Part shown: piece by piece, positions 18,313-27,514 of the stretch
Position numbering within the stretch: the first letter of the stretch is position 1
Layout: every line of letters starts with the position of its first letter
Source of the DNA: Thermotogota bacterium
GTDB lineage: Bacteria; Thermotogota; Thermotogae; MWEM01
Assembly: GCA_034659095.1 (NCBI GenBank)
Contig: JAYEGQ010000174.1
Span: forward strand, 1-49,957
Direction: 5' to 3'
DNA length: 49,957 bases
Notes under the pieces: model-generated
Databases searched by the model: none
Told to the model about the DNA's origin: nothing
Seen by the model: only the letters and a program-made list of their open reading frames with translations
Program-made: the position numbers and the translations under genes

Positions 18313-19518
18313 CTAAATATCCGGGCTGATAAACTCAACTTTTTCCTGTAGATATTTTTTGGGTGTATTAATATCTTTTAGTCCGTTTCCGGTGACAATT
18401 AAAGCGATTTCGTCTTGAGAATTAAAGGCGTTGGATTTTGACATTTTCTTAAAACCGGCAAAAGATGCGGCAGCTGCTGGTTCTGAGAAGACGCCGGTTT
18501 TTCTTGCCAATTCCATAATCGCTTCTCCAATTTCGCGATCAGTGACGCTGATGAAGCCGCCGTTCATTTGTTGGGCGTATTGACAGGCCTTTAAATAGTC
18601 GCGGGGTTTTCCTACGGCAATAGAGTCTGCGTCGGTTTGTGTTTTTTCCAAGTCTTCTATTACAAACGGTTTCCCCCGTTTAAATGTTTGCAGGATCGGA
18701 TCACAACCGGCGGCTTGAACACCAATGACTCGTGGAATTCTGTCAATGACACCCAAACGTTTTAAATCGCTGAATCCCTTTAAAAAACTACTGTAAACGG
18801 TACCGTCTCCTACACTTACAAAGATCCAGTCCGGTAGATTGAGCTTAGTTTGATAAGCGATTTCCAAGGCGCATGTCTTTTTCCCTTCCAAAAGGTAGGG
18901 ATTAATCGCTGAGTTTCTGCAATACCAGCCATTTTTTTCTCCGGTTTCTAACGAAAGGTCGAATGCCTGATCATAAGTGCCTTTTACTGCAAAAACCTGG
19001 GCACCGTAAATCAACATTTGAGCAATCTTTGCTTCCGGTGCTGTTTCAGGGACAAAAATATGCGCCTGGATTCCTGTCCCGGCACAAATTCCGGATAATG
19101 AACTGGCAGCATTTCCCGTGGATGCGGCATAAATGTCTGAGTAGTCTAGTTCCTTTGCCTTAGCCACCGCAATGATACTGGCTCGGTCTTTAAAAGAGGC
19201 CGTTGGGTTTTTGCCATCATCTTTGATGAATACTTCTTTCACCTGGTACTCTTGAGCTAATCTTGTGGATGAATAAAGGGGTGTATCTCCAACAGTTACC
19301 ATAGTTGGGAGCAGCTCCTCTTGGATGGGAAGAATGGACGCAAATTTGGCGATTCCGTTCTTTTTTTCGTTCAACCATGTTGTTTGGGGTGTGAAATCAT
19401 ACACCACTTCAAGGGTTCCCTTACGGTTACCGCATTTGGGGCAGGTATACAGCACTTCTTCCGGGCTGTATTCCGTTGAACAATTAACACATTTCAAGTG
19501 ATAATGCTTTTGACTCAT
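18313..19518 (-). CDS. threonine-synthase-fold PLP enzyme with N-terminal Cys4 zinc ribbon
   Basis: Contains CVNCSTEYSPEEVLYTCPKCG, the PLP-lysine motif NPTASFKDRAS, and the glycine loop SVGDGT. Its start overlaps the upstream gene's stop (ATGA). It may be genuine ThrC or a paralogue; see findings. Confidence 0.8.
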   Translation of the reverse strand: MSQKHYHLKCVNCSTEYSPEEVLYTCPKCGNRKGTLEVVYDFTPQTTWLNEKKNGIAKFASILPIQEELLPTMVTVGDTPLYSSTRLAQEYQVKEVFIKDDGKNPTASFKDRASIIAVAKAKELDYSDIYAASTGNAASSLSGICAGTGIQAHIFVPETAPEAKIAQMLIYGAQVFAVKGTYDQAFDLSLETGEKNGWYCRNSAINPYLLEGKKTCALEIAYQTKLNLPDWIFVSVGDGTVYSSFLKGFSDLKRLGVIDRIPRVIGVQAAGCDPILQTFKRGKPFVIEDLEKTQTDADSIAVGKPRDYLKACQYAQQMNGGFISVTDREIGEAIMELARKTGVFSEPAAAASFAGFKKMSKSNAFNSQDEIALIVTGNGLKDINTPKKYLQEKVEFISPDI

Positions 19519-20606
19519 AAGACACCTTCAATGGCATTTACAGGGCATCTACTTTCACAGAGTCCACATCTGAAGCATTTTGATTCATCCAAAACAACCT
19601 GTTTGTCTTCTGTTGATAAAGCGTAATAGGGACAATTTCTTACACACAGGCCACAAAGCGTGCAGGTGTCGTGATCAATAACCGGGTATCCGGTTTCAAA
19701 ATTGATTTCGCGGCTTGTGTTCTTCACCACCCCTTTTACAGAAGCCAGGTCATTATAACCGTATTTTTCCATGACCTTGGGAAGATCATTTAGAATCCTA
19801 GAATACAAGTCTTTACCATAAAGCATAGCAGCTGAGAGCATTTGAACGGCACTTGCACCTGCCGCAATGAATTCCAACACATCTTCAGCACTTTTGATTC
19901 CACCTACGCCAATGACTGGTATATCTACGGATTGGGTGATCATTCTTATTCTTGAAAGTGAGATGGGTTTAATTACCGGGCCGGAAATCCAACCGTAACC
20001 GTCCTTGCTGCCCAGAGGTGATTTCCCCCTTGTAAGATCGACTGGATATGTTGGGCCCACAGAATTAATGGCTACAATGCCGTACCCTCCATTTTCCTTA
20101 ACCATCTGTGCGAATTCTACCGGGTCGTTGATATGGGGACTGAGTTTAATGAATACAGGTTTGTCCGTTGCTTCACTTGCTGCTTTTACCGTTTGAGCTA
20201 TGGGGGTAAGATCGGTTCCTACGTAATGAGTGGACAGTTCAAAGGCTGTGGCAAACCGTTCCATCCGCTTGATCAAGGAACAAATTTCATCCTTTTTGTA
20301 TCCCAAACTGATGATGAGAGGTCTGTTTACATCAGTCTTTTTAATCTCCGGAAGAAATTCCCCTTCCCATTTTTCAGGCGGAAATTCCGACCATAACTCA
20401 GCATTAATGATGTAATCCTTACCGCCAATAATACAGGGATGAGGAACCGGTGCTGCTTTGGAGGAGATGGTTTTTGTCACCACTGCACCTAAGCCTTGAG
20501 ATGCCAGGGCAAGTATTTTTTCTGTATCACCTACCAACGGCCCGGAAGCGGGCATAAGAGGATTTTCAAGTTCAATTTTATCCCCAATTTTTACTTTCAA
20601 ATTCAT
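19515..20606 (-). CDS. dihydroorotate/dihydropyrimidine dehydrogenase (PreA)-like flavoprotein fused to a 2x[4Fe-4S] ferredoxin domain
   Basis: Class-1 DHOD/DPD TIM-barrel motifs are present: NPLMPASGP, AVVTKTIS, VFIKLSP and IPVIGVGGI. The C-terminus has CTLCGLCVRNCP and CFRCGLCESRCP. AAGGAG lies 8 nt before ATG 20606. Confidence 0.8.
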   Translation of the reverse strand: MNLKVKIGDKIELENPLMPASGPLVGDTEKILALASQGLGAVVTKTISSKAAPVPHPCIIGGKDYIINAELWSEFPPEKWEGEFLPEIKKTDVNRPLIISLGYKKDEICSLIKRMERFATAFELSTHYVGTDLTPIAQTVKAASEATDKPVFIKLSPHINDPVEFAQMVKENGGYGIVAINSVGPTYPVDLTRGKSPLGSKDGYGWISGPVIKPISLSRIRMITQSVDIPVIGVGGIKSAEDVLEFIAAGASAVQMLSAAMLYGKDLYSRILNDLPKVMEKYGYNDLASVKGVVKNTSREINFETGYPVIDHDTCTLCGLCVRNCPYYALSTEDKQVVLDESKCFRCGLCESRCPVNAIEGVL

Positions 20607-20630
20607 TTAACCATCTCCTTCTAAAAAATA

Positions 20631-20648
20631 GGGTGTGGGGTGTGGGGT
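20631..20648 (-). other. C-rich tract (CCCCACACCCCACACCC on the transcribed strand) followed by a U-run, complementary to the upstream G-tract repeat
   Basis: The minus strand reads ACCCCACACCCCACACCC-TATTTTTTAG, then AAGGAG-N8-ATG of the PreA-like gene. Confidence 0.5.
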
Positions 20649-20722
20649 ATAGAGTTTAGAAAAAGCTCTGAATCAATATTTCTAAAAAATTATTTTCTCT
20701 CTCGGTTTCTCTGTCTTTATTT

Positions 20723-20746
20723 CCCTAAACCCTAAACCCTAAACCC
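20723..20746 (-). repeat. telomere-like heptamer repeat (GGGTTTA)3GGG, a canonical G-quadruplex motif
   Basis: The plus strand reads CCCTAAACCCTAAACCCTAAACCC. On the coding (minus) strand this gives four GGG tracts separated by TTTA loops, starting 12 nt after the kdd-like stop codon. Confidence 0.9.
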
Positions 20747-20757
20747 TGCTTTAATTC

Positions 20758-21795
20758 CTATCCGTATCTTTTATTAAACCGTTCAAGGAGCTTTTTATTT
20801 TCTCTAACAATATCCAGGGCATATGCTGCGTGATTTGTGGCATAGCCATTGCCAATGATCATGTTTACGTCTTTTCCCACACCTTCTGCTCCAAGTGCGG
20901 CTTTTGTAAAGCTGGAGGCCATGGAGAAGAAGTAAACGTTGCCATGTTCTTTAGTGGAAAGGACACAGGACATCTCGGTATTGGCTGCGTTAACTACATT
21001 GATGGTGACATCGCACAATTCACCATCCGTGGCATCGTGAACCATTCTGTAGACACCCACAGTGTCCGTGGCATCTGTTTGAAGGATGGTATCGCAAAAT
21101 CCCAATTCTTCAAGTTCTTCTCTTCTGTCATTGTGATGAATCAAGCCGATAACCTTTCCCACGCTACCGGTCATCTTTTTGGCAACGTATGAACACAATA
21201 TACCGGATTTTCCGGCTGCACCAAGAATCATGACGGTATCTCCCGGTCTGACAAGTCTTGCGGTTTGAATAGGTGCTCCCGCTACATCAAGTATGGATAA
21301 GGCAAGCGGTCTGGACATGTCATTGGGAAGTTTTACCACAACACCACTTTCGAAGACGATGGCTTTCCCCTCTACTTCCACTTGTTCTCGATCTAAATGT
21401 ACCTTTCTGATTCTTTCTATCTTTAAAGGGGTCAGTGACAAGGATACTAACGTTGCTACATGATCTCCAACTTTTACCTGATGTTTTTGAGTCATTTTTT
21501 TGGAGATCTCAGCCACGGTTCCCACCAGCATTCCCCCCGATCCGGTTACTGGATTATGCATTTTGCCTCTTTCAGAGACAATCTCCATGATCTTAGCAGC
21601 TACTTTTTCCACATCTGCTCCCACTTCTTCTTTAATTTGCCTGAATGAAGCGGAATCGATGTTTAAATGCGTGACATCAATCATGATTTCATTGTCATAG
21701 GCTGTATTCATGGAATTGTTGATCTTCCATGCCGGTTGAGGTAAAACTCCTTCAGGTTCAATCACTCTGTGTGTTCCAAATGGACAAGCTTTCAT
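20758..21795 (-). CDS. kdd: L-erythro-3,5-diaminohexanoate dehydrogenase-like NAD(P) dehydrogenase
   Basis: The N-terminus is MKACPFGTHRVIEPEGVLPQPAWKINN. The motifs PVTGSGGMLVGTV, LVSLSLTPLKIE, GAAGKSG and FFSMASSFTKAALGAEGVGKDVNMIIGNGY match my recollection of the Kdd family. GGGGAGG lies 9 nt before ATG 21795. Confidence 0.7.
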   Translation of the reverse strand: MKACPFGTHRVIEPEGVLPQPAWKINNSMNTAYDNEIMIDVTHLNIDSASFRQIKEEVGADVEKVAAKIMEIVSERGKMHNPVTGSGGMLVGTVAEISKKMTQKHQVKVGDHVATLVSLSLTPLKIERIRKVHLDREQVEVEGKAIVFESGVVVKLPNDMSRPLALSILDVAGAPIQTARLVRPGDTVMILGAAGKSGILCSYVAKKMTGSVGKVIGLIHHNDRREELEELGFCDTILQTDATDTVGVYRMVHDATDGELCDVTINVVNAANTEMSCVLSTKEHGNVYFFSMASSFTKAALGAEGVGKDVNMIIGNGYATNHAAYALDIVRENKKLLERFNKRYG

Positions 21796-21814
21796 ATCGA
21801 CCATCCTCCCCTAA

Positions 21815-22819
21815 TTAAAAAAATATCCTGATATTATATTGTTCACTTTCTTTTTCAAAATCTGTTCTCAACCAGTTTTCCCATAGCGTTAATTGTTTTT
21901 CTCTTTTCAGCATTTCTTGAATATCTTTTCTTAATTGTCCTTGTCCTTGTTCTCCTCCTGAGAACTCAACGACTTTAACAATATGATATCCCAGTTCTGT
22001 TTTTAAAGGACCCACAACGTCTCCTGGATATTTCTCAAAAGCTACGTCAAATTCGGGGAAAACGCCCCTTTCTATCCAACCCAAATCTCCGTTGTTGAAT
22101 TTTGTCAAATCATCTTTAGAGTATTCAAGTACAGCTGCTTCAAACCCTAATTCGTTGATGGTGTCAAAGACGTTGTTTATATCCGTATTGTCGTCCAGTA
22201 GAATATGATAAATATGGACGGAGTTACTTTCTTCCGAATTGATGGAGTTTTTGGAGATGTATTCCGTTATTTCGCTCTCCGATACACTGACATTCGGGAA
22301 GAGTATGTCGATGAGACCATAATTGGCCAAGGCTAATTTCCTCTGTAATTCCAAATGTTCTTTATAATCCACAAGAGAATCATACCCTTGTGTCATGATG
22401 TACTGTTCAAATTCATCGATACTCAGGTTGTTGGAGGAAAGCAGCTCATTTAAGAAAGTGTCGATATATCCCTGAACATCCTCCTCAAGTATCCGGACTC
22501 CTTTATCTTTGGCAATCTCGATGATAAGAAAAGCATCGATGAGTGTGGAGAGGACTCTCTTTTTGTATTCAAGTAAAAATTCGTAGCCAACTTCGGTTGA
22601 CAACAGGGTCTCGTAAAAACCTTCATTGGTTTCCTTTAGCCTGAGTAAGGTGAAGGGGAGGTTCGACTCCGTATCAAGTAGTCTGGCCTTTATCTCTTGC
22701 TGTCCTACGGTTGCAACCACATATTCAGGATCGAGATTGAGAATATCTTTCGCCTCCTGAGAAAATCCAAATACGGGTACGATCAGTAGAATAATAATTG
22801 TTATCGTTATTTTTTTCAT
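21815..22819 (-). CDS. SurA/PrsA-like parvulin-type peptidyl-prolyl isomerase, secreted
   Basis: Has the signal peptide MKKITITIIILLIVPVFGFS, a chaperone-like N-domain, and the PpiC rotamase motif GDLGWIERG..FEKYPGDVVGPLKTELGYHIVKV. Confidence 0.85.
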   Translation of the reverse strand: MKKITITIIILLIVPVFGFSQEAKDILNLDPEYVVATVGQQEIKARLLDTESNLPFTLLRLKETNEGFYETLLSTEVGYEFLLEYKKRVLSTLIDAFLIIEIAKDKGVRILEEDVQGYIDTFLNELLSSNNLSIDEFEQYIMTQGYDSLVDYKEHLELQRKLALANYGLIDILFPNVSVSESEITEYISKNSINSEESNSVHIYHILLDDNTDINNVFDTINELGFEAAVLEYSKDDLTKFNNGDLGWIERGVFPEFDVAFEKYPGDVVGPLKTELGYHIVKVVEFSGGEQGQGQLRKDIQEMLKREKQLTLWENWLRTDFEKESEQYNIRIFF

Positions 22820-22845
22820 TATACAATCTCCTCTATTTTGGTCAC

Positions 22846-25800
22846 TTATTCTTCTGTAATGACAATGGGTCTGTTTTCCTTTGCCTCGCTGACTCTTTCT
22901 TGAATTTCATCGTAATTGGCATCTTCCCAGGTTTCACCGGTGAATTGATTGTATTTCCAATCTTCCAGCCACTTATCCTGGAATTCCCCTTGTTCTTTTG
23001 CATATCGGTAGACACTGGTGACTTGATCCAGGAAGGTTTTTCGTTTTTCCACAAGACTCTCTACCGTTGAGATGAAATTCTGATAACGCTGTTTTTCAGA
23101 ATCTGTGAGATAAGGGTTGTTTTCAAGATCATCAATTCCCCATTTATACGCCGTTGAGAGCATATTTAAGCCATCATCCAATACGTAGATGGTTTCCTGG
23201 TACAACTTATTTTCAAGAAAGGCCTGTGCGATTTGGGAATAGACGGAGGCGATATCATCCGGGACACCGCTTCTTTGTACATTGTGCATTTGTTCTGAAG
23301 CCCATACCCTTTTTTGAGCAATCTCTTTTACTTTGGGATAGACTTCAGTTACAGTTCCAGATTTCAGCAGCAGGTCAATATACTCGGAATAGATATTCTC
23401 CCAGTCGGGGAACATTTGCCAATTTCCGGGAAGGATATGAATAGCTCTCTCATACCATCTTTCCATGTTTTTAAGGGCTTCATTTGCTTGTTCTCTGTGA
23501 AGTGTTATCAGAGGCATAAGGGTGTCCTTAAGAGCGGGATCGTTGTTGATCCGTTCTACGTATCTTGAGGACAGGTTCTTTAACATAACCGACAGATTGT
23601 AGTTGAATTTCCCCATAATCCTGTAAGCATTCTTCTCGTTAAAGCACAGGAACGATGTTTCGAAATAGTCGATGCCAGTCTGATACATCTGGATATCATA
23701 CCAGAGTGATATGTTTACCAGGTTCAAGAGCTCATTCACAGAAGTGGTATACCCTTGATCCAACAACTGCTGCAGGCTCTGAACGTCTTCTTCCAATGGG
23801 AAGTCTAAAAATCGTGCTTGTATATGACGCATACTCTCATCTCTTTGAGTAAAGTGTTTGATGATCGTCTCCATTTTATCACTGCTTGTATTGAGCTCAT
23901 CATAAAGCATCTGTTTTCTCTCCGGTCTTACCATCATCAGTGAGGTGTAGAACATACTCTTTCCGTATGAGCCTTGACTGTCCAGACTACTTAAAAAATC
24001 TTCCTGGGCCCGGTTGTATCGTTTCATTCTCTCAGAGGCCAGGTAATTCAGATTATCGTTGATCTGTTTGATGTAGTTATTGAGTTTCTGTTGTTCCTCT
24101 TCAATGTCCTCTGTTAATTCGTTCATCAGACGTACCTGAAGTTCTTGCTCACTGAATTGATTGGCAATACTGCCCATTTCTGCAATCTTTTGCTGGGCGT
24201 ATGTATTGGGGTCAAAGATGGCGTATTGGCCTTCTCTGTTTTCCAGTTGTTCAAACATCTGATTCACCTGATTTTTTTGATTCTTGAGTTCGCTTTCCTG
24301 TCTTTCGATCTGGCTGAAACTGGAATAATAGCCATTACCTTCCTTAAAGAGAGCCTCGGCCTTCACACTGTTGAGTTTCAACCAGCCTGAAACAACCCCG
24401 ACCACAATGACAATAGTGATTAATGCGGGCATACGCCAACCCTTCAAAGATATATTGAATGCTAACCGTTTTTTGCTGTTAAAATATTTCCCGAAACCCA
24501 GGCCGGTCACTGCCAGGGCCCATAATTGATTGGGCAACAGATGTAGCGGAAATTCCGTAAAACTATGCCCTAAAGTGACTGTAAAACCTGTCGCGAGTAA
24601 AGTTATTAAAATGGCGTCATCCGGATTTTTCTGATCTCCCAGGATGAGAAAGAACATGATGATCAGCAGGATAAGTGTAACGGCCATTGAGATAAAGCCA
24701 AAAAGTCCCATTTCTCCCAGGACCTGAAAATAATCGTTGTGGGTGCGCTTGAAGTTTGACCAACTGTCGATATATTCCGGATCATCCTGAACGGCATCTC
24801 CCATATAATCCACAGCGGTGAGCATATAAGTGCCAATTCCGTTACCAATTAAAGGATATTCCTTAAACTGATAAATGGAGGCCTTCCATGCCAGGACCCT
24901 TGCCTTTCCGCCTGTGGTTTGAAATCCCCTTTCATCAAATATCGATGACGTTCTTGAAGCGATGTTAGTGCCGGGAGCAAGTGGATTATCTGGATTTGAT
25001 AAGAGAATGGGCAGCAAAAGCGCGATGAAAATGATGGCGATCATAAAGATAAAGTTGATTTTCTTAAGCATATTGGCAACTTTTATCGAATACCCCTCAA
25101 TCTTTTTGTAATTGTCAACGATTTCTTTTTTTCTTCGCATCCGTTTGTAGTAAATCCATGCAAGTGCAAAAACCACAACGCTGAGCATAAGTGAAAGGAT
25201 GACGGATCGAGTTCCGATGACAAGCACCAGGAAATAAAAGACTGCAAAGTTGATAATGCCAAGAATTTTTATGATCATGATAGGTCCAAAGAATTCAAAT
25301 CCCGGTTTTTCCTTTTTTGGTGTCCAGCCAAAATCATAACTTAAATCAAAGTAAATGGTGATTGGTAGCAGAGTGGCCAAAAAGTCGGAAACAAAATTGG
25401 GGTTTCCAATGGTTGCCTTTATGGACATCTTCCCACCACTTCCGTAAGAGCCCAGGAAGAAAGACTGTCCCGTATAGTAGTTCATTAGGGCTTCAATGGA
25501 AACCATCGTTCCAGAAATCATCACAAAGAGTAAAAAATAGGTAATATCTCTCTTCGTTTCCAGAAAGTTGGAAAAATACAAGACCATAAAGAATGTTAGA
25601 AATGCGTAGATTCCAATTTCAAATGAAAATGGGAAATAAAGGGGGTTTTCTCTTAAAACCGTGAATGTAGATACTACTGCAGCGATACCAAATAAAAACC
25701 ATCCGAAATGTGCCCAAGAAAAGTACAACCGTTGTTCCCTCTTTTTGAATTTTCTGAATAGAAACAAGGTCATGGAAATGGTAAAGAAGATAATCAAAAA

Positions 25801-25956
25801 GAGATATTTTGAAGTTGAAAATTCATAGGTTATTTTTGGATGAGCAAACATGGCGATGAAAATAAACGTAAAATATAAAAAGAATGATTCTATTGTTTTT
25901 AAAAACGATCCCTGTTCAATTCCTTTGAAATCAATCCTTTTGTTGTTCTTAGACAC
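22846..25956 (-). CDS. O-antigen ligase (Wzy_C)-domain polytopic membrane protein with approx. 560-aa C-terminal soluble extension
   Basis: 1036 aa. The N-terminal approx. 470 aa form 10-12 TM helices with the Wzy_C-like loop (NFKRTHNDYFQVLGEMGLFG). One further TM helix follows, then a helical, coiled-coil-rich domain. Confidence 0.8.
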   Translation of the reverse strand: MSKNNKRIDFKGIEQGSFLKTIESFFLYFTFIFIAMFAHPKITYEFSTSKYLFLIIFFTISMTLFLFRKFKKREQRLYFSWAHFGWFLFGIAAVVSTFTVLRENPLYFPFSFEIGIYAFLTFFMVLYFSNFLETKRDITYFLLFVMISGTMVSIEALMNYYTGQSFFLGSYGSGGKMSIKATIGNPNFVSDFLATLLPITIYFDLSYDFGWTPKKEKPGFEFFGPIMIIKILGIINFAVFYFLVLVIGTRSVILSLMLSVVVFALAWIYYKRMRRKKEIVDNYKKIEGYSIKVANMLKKINFIFMIAIIFIALLLPILLSNPDNPLAPGTNIASRTSSIFDERGFQTTGGKARVLAWKASIYQFKEYPLIGNGIGTYMLTAVDYMGDAVQDDPEYIDSWSNFKRTHNDYFQVLGEMGLFGFISMAVTLILLIIMFFLILGDQKNPDDAILITLLATGFTVTLGHSFTEFPLHLLPNQLWALAVTGLGFGKYFNSKKRLAFNISLKGWRMPALITIVIVVGVVSGWLKLNSVKAEALFKEGNGYYSSFSQIERQESELKNQKNQVNQMFEQLENREGQYAIFDPNTYAQQKIAEMGSIANQFSEQELQVRLMNELTEDIEEEQQKLNNYIKQINDNLNYLASERMKRYNRAQEDFLSSLDSQGSYGKSMFYTSLMMVRPERKQMLYDELNTSSDKMETIIKHFTQRDESMRHIQARFLDFPLEEDVQSLQQLLDQGYTTSVNELLNLVNISLWYDIQMYQTGIDYFETSFLCFNEKNAYRIMGKFNYNLSVMLKNLSSRYVERINNDPALKDTLMPLITLHREQANEALKNMERWYERAIHILPGNWQMFPDWENIYSEYIDLLLKSGTVTEVYPKVKEIAQKRVWASEQMHNVQRSGVPDDIASVYSQIAQAFLENKLYQETIYVLDDGLNMLSTAYKWGIDDLENNPYLTDSEKQRYQNFISTVESLVEKRKTFLDQVTSVYRYAKEQGEFQDKWLEDWKYNQFTGETWEDANYDEIQERVSEAKENRPIVITEE

Positions 25957-25984
25957 TGAAACACCTCCGAAAATGATTGTCGAC

Positions 25985-27514
25985 TTATTTTATCACAAAA
26001 GCAACTATTAAAAATACTACGAAAAGTAATAAAATAAACAGATACAAATAATTATAAATACACATGTATATGGTGTTATTTCTTTTCTCCACTGGCACAT
26101 CCATATAAGTGATGTTTCTTACGAATGGTTGAGACTGTTGAATAATCCTTCCATAGGGATCAACCAAGCCCGTTATTCCGTTGTTTGAAACATGACATAT
26201 CCAACTGTTTGTTTCTACGGCCCTGATTTGAAGCTGCTTAAAGTGCTGAATAAGCGCAGTTTTGTGTGTGAAATAGCCATCGTTTGTAATGACGCAAAAA
26301 AAGTCTGCATCATTTTTCTTCAAATCGATAAAAACATTCGGGAAAAAAGATTCAAAACAGATTGGAAAAGCCGCATTTATACCATCTATATTAAAATTTG
26401 TATAGATTTCTCCTTTGTTTAAATAATTCCGGAATTTGAGAAAAGAAAAGGCTTTGAGTAAATTTTCAAAGGGCAAATACTCTGTGAATGGATTCAATTC
26501 AATCTTTCCGTAGAAGGCTTCTGTTAATCCTTTGTTGGGATATACTATTTGAACGGCGTTATAATAACCATCACCATTTTCATAGACATGTGGGACGACA
26601 ATAGTCATAGAACTTTCTTTTGCGGTTTGTTCAAGCATATCCACTGTATTTGGGTAATTGTTGACATCATAGAGAAAATAAGTTTCCGGAAGGATGAACA
26701 AATCCGTATCTTCGTTTGTCTTTTCAACTTCGTTAACCAGTGCTCGAATATCCTCAATGAGTTCGTTTTCCGATGCGTAGTATTTATCCAAAGGAGTTAC
26801 CATGGTCTGAACCCCTGCTAATTCTTTTGATTGTGATTTCTCTGAATAAATGGGCGGTAAAAAAGAAGTGATGATTTGATCAAATGCATAAATAGAGAAA
26901 ATGATAAGAGCGGATAAAATCAAAAAATGCCTTGAAAAACCCTTTTTACGCCATGTCATAAAAATCAACAGATTAGCTATTCCAATCAAGATCAATAATA
27001 TTTCTGTTCCCCCTATGCTTGCCAGTTGGAGAATTCCTGACATATCAAACAGCGCGTCGGTAAATCTGAAGCCGATGAACTTTAATGGCGGTAAACTTCT
27101 CAAATATTCTGTAAAAAGCAATAGAGACAAAGTGCTAAATACAAGCAAAAAGGGATGGTGTTTGAATTTTCTGGAAAACCATGAAAAAACAAAACCGAAA
27201 AAACCAAAATAGAGCCCCACAAAAAGTCCGGCAATAATGTATACCAAAAATCCCATTAACGAGCTGAATGTGTTAAAGGTTTTCGGTATTTCCCTGATAA
27301 AGGCGGGTAATAACCACCAAAAGGCAATGGAGTAATAAAAATAACCAAAAATGTAACCTACCAAAAATCCCCGTCCAGGTCGTAAACTTTCTAAACAAAT
27401 CAAAAGAATGGCAAAAGAAAACCAAACGGGTATCGAGACAAACATACCCGGCATGGAAAACGTCATGAGACCTGCAGATAAAATGGTTAAGCCTACTCTT
27501 GTTTTCTTTTTCAT
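25985..27514 (-). CDS. lnt: apolipoprotein N-acyltransferase
   Basis: The N-terminal multi-TM region is followed by a CN-hydrolase domain with the catalytic-Cys context AAFPICFESFFP. Confidence 0.85.
   Translation of the reverse strand: MKKKTRVGLTILSAGLMTFSMPGMFVSIPVWFSFAILLICLESLRPGRGFLVGYIFGYFYYSIAFWWLLPAFIREIPKTFNTFSSLMGFLVYIIAGLFVGLYFGFFGFVFSWFSRKFKHHPFLLVFSTLSLLLFTEYLRSLPPLKFIGFRFTDALFDMSGILQLASIGGTEILLILIGIANLLIFMTWRKKGFSRHFLILSALIIFSIYAFDQIITSFLPPIYSEKSQSKELAGVQTMVTPLDKYYASENELIEDIRALVNEVEKTNEDTDLFILPETYFLYDVNNYPNTVDMLEQTAKESSMTIVVPHVYENGDGYYNAVQIVYPNKGLTEAFYGKIELNPFTEYLPFENLLKAFSFLKFRNYLNKGEIYTNFNIDGINAAFPICFESFFPNVFIDLKKNDADFFCVITNDGYFTHKTALIQHFKQLQIRAVETNSWICHVSNNGITGLVDPYGRIIQQSQPFVRNITYMDVPVEKRNNTIYMCIYNYLYLFILLLFVVFLIVAFVIK

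Noticed and set aside
20723-20746. The short tandem repeat could have been a degenerate CRISPR array or a genuine telomere.
   Set aside because: The period is 7 nt with no spacers, there are only 3.4 copies, no cas genes are present, and the repeat is internal to an operon on a contiguous chromosome segment. It is reported instead as a G-quadruplex or regulatory candidate.
22657-22673. A GGTTCGACTCC T-loop-like motif suggested a hidden tRNA.
   Set aside because: The flanking 5-mers (GGAGG / CCGTA) cannot form a T-stem, and the motif lies inside the well-supported PPIase coding sequence.
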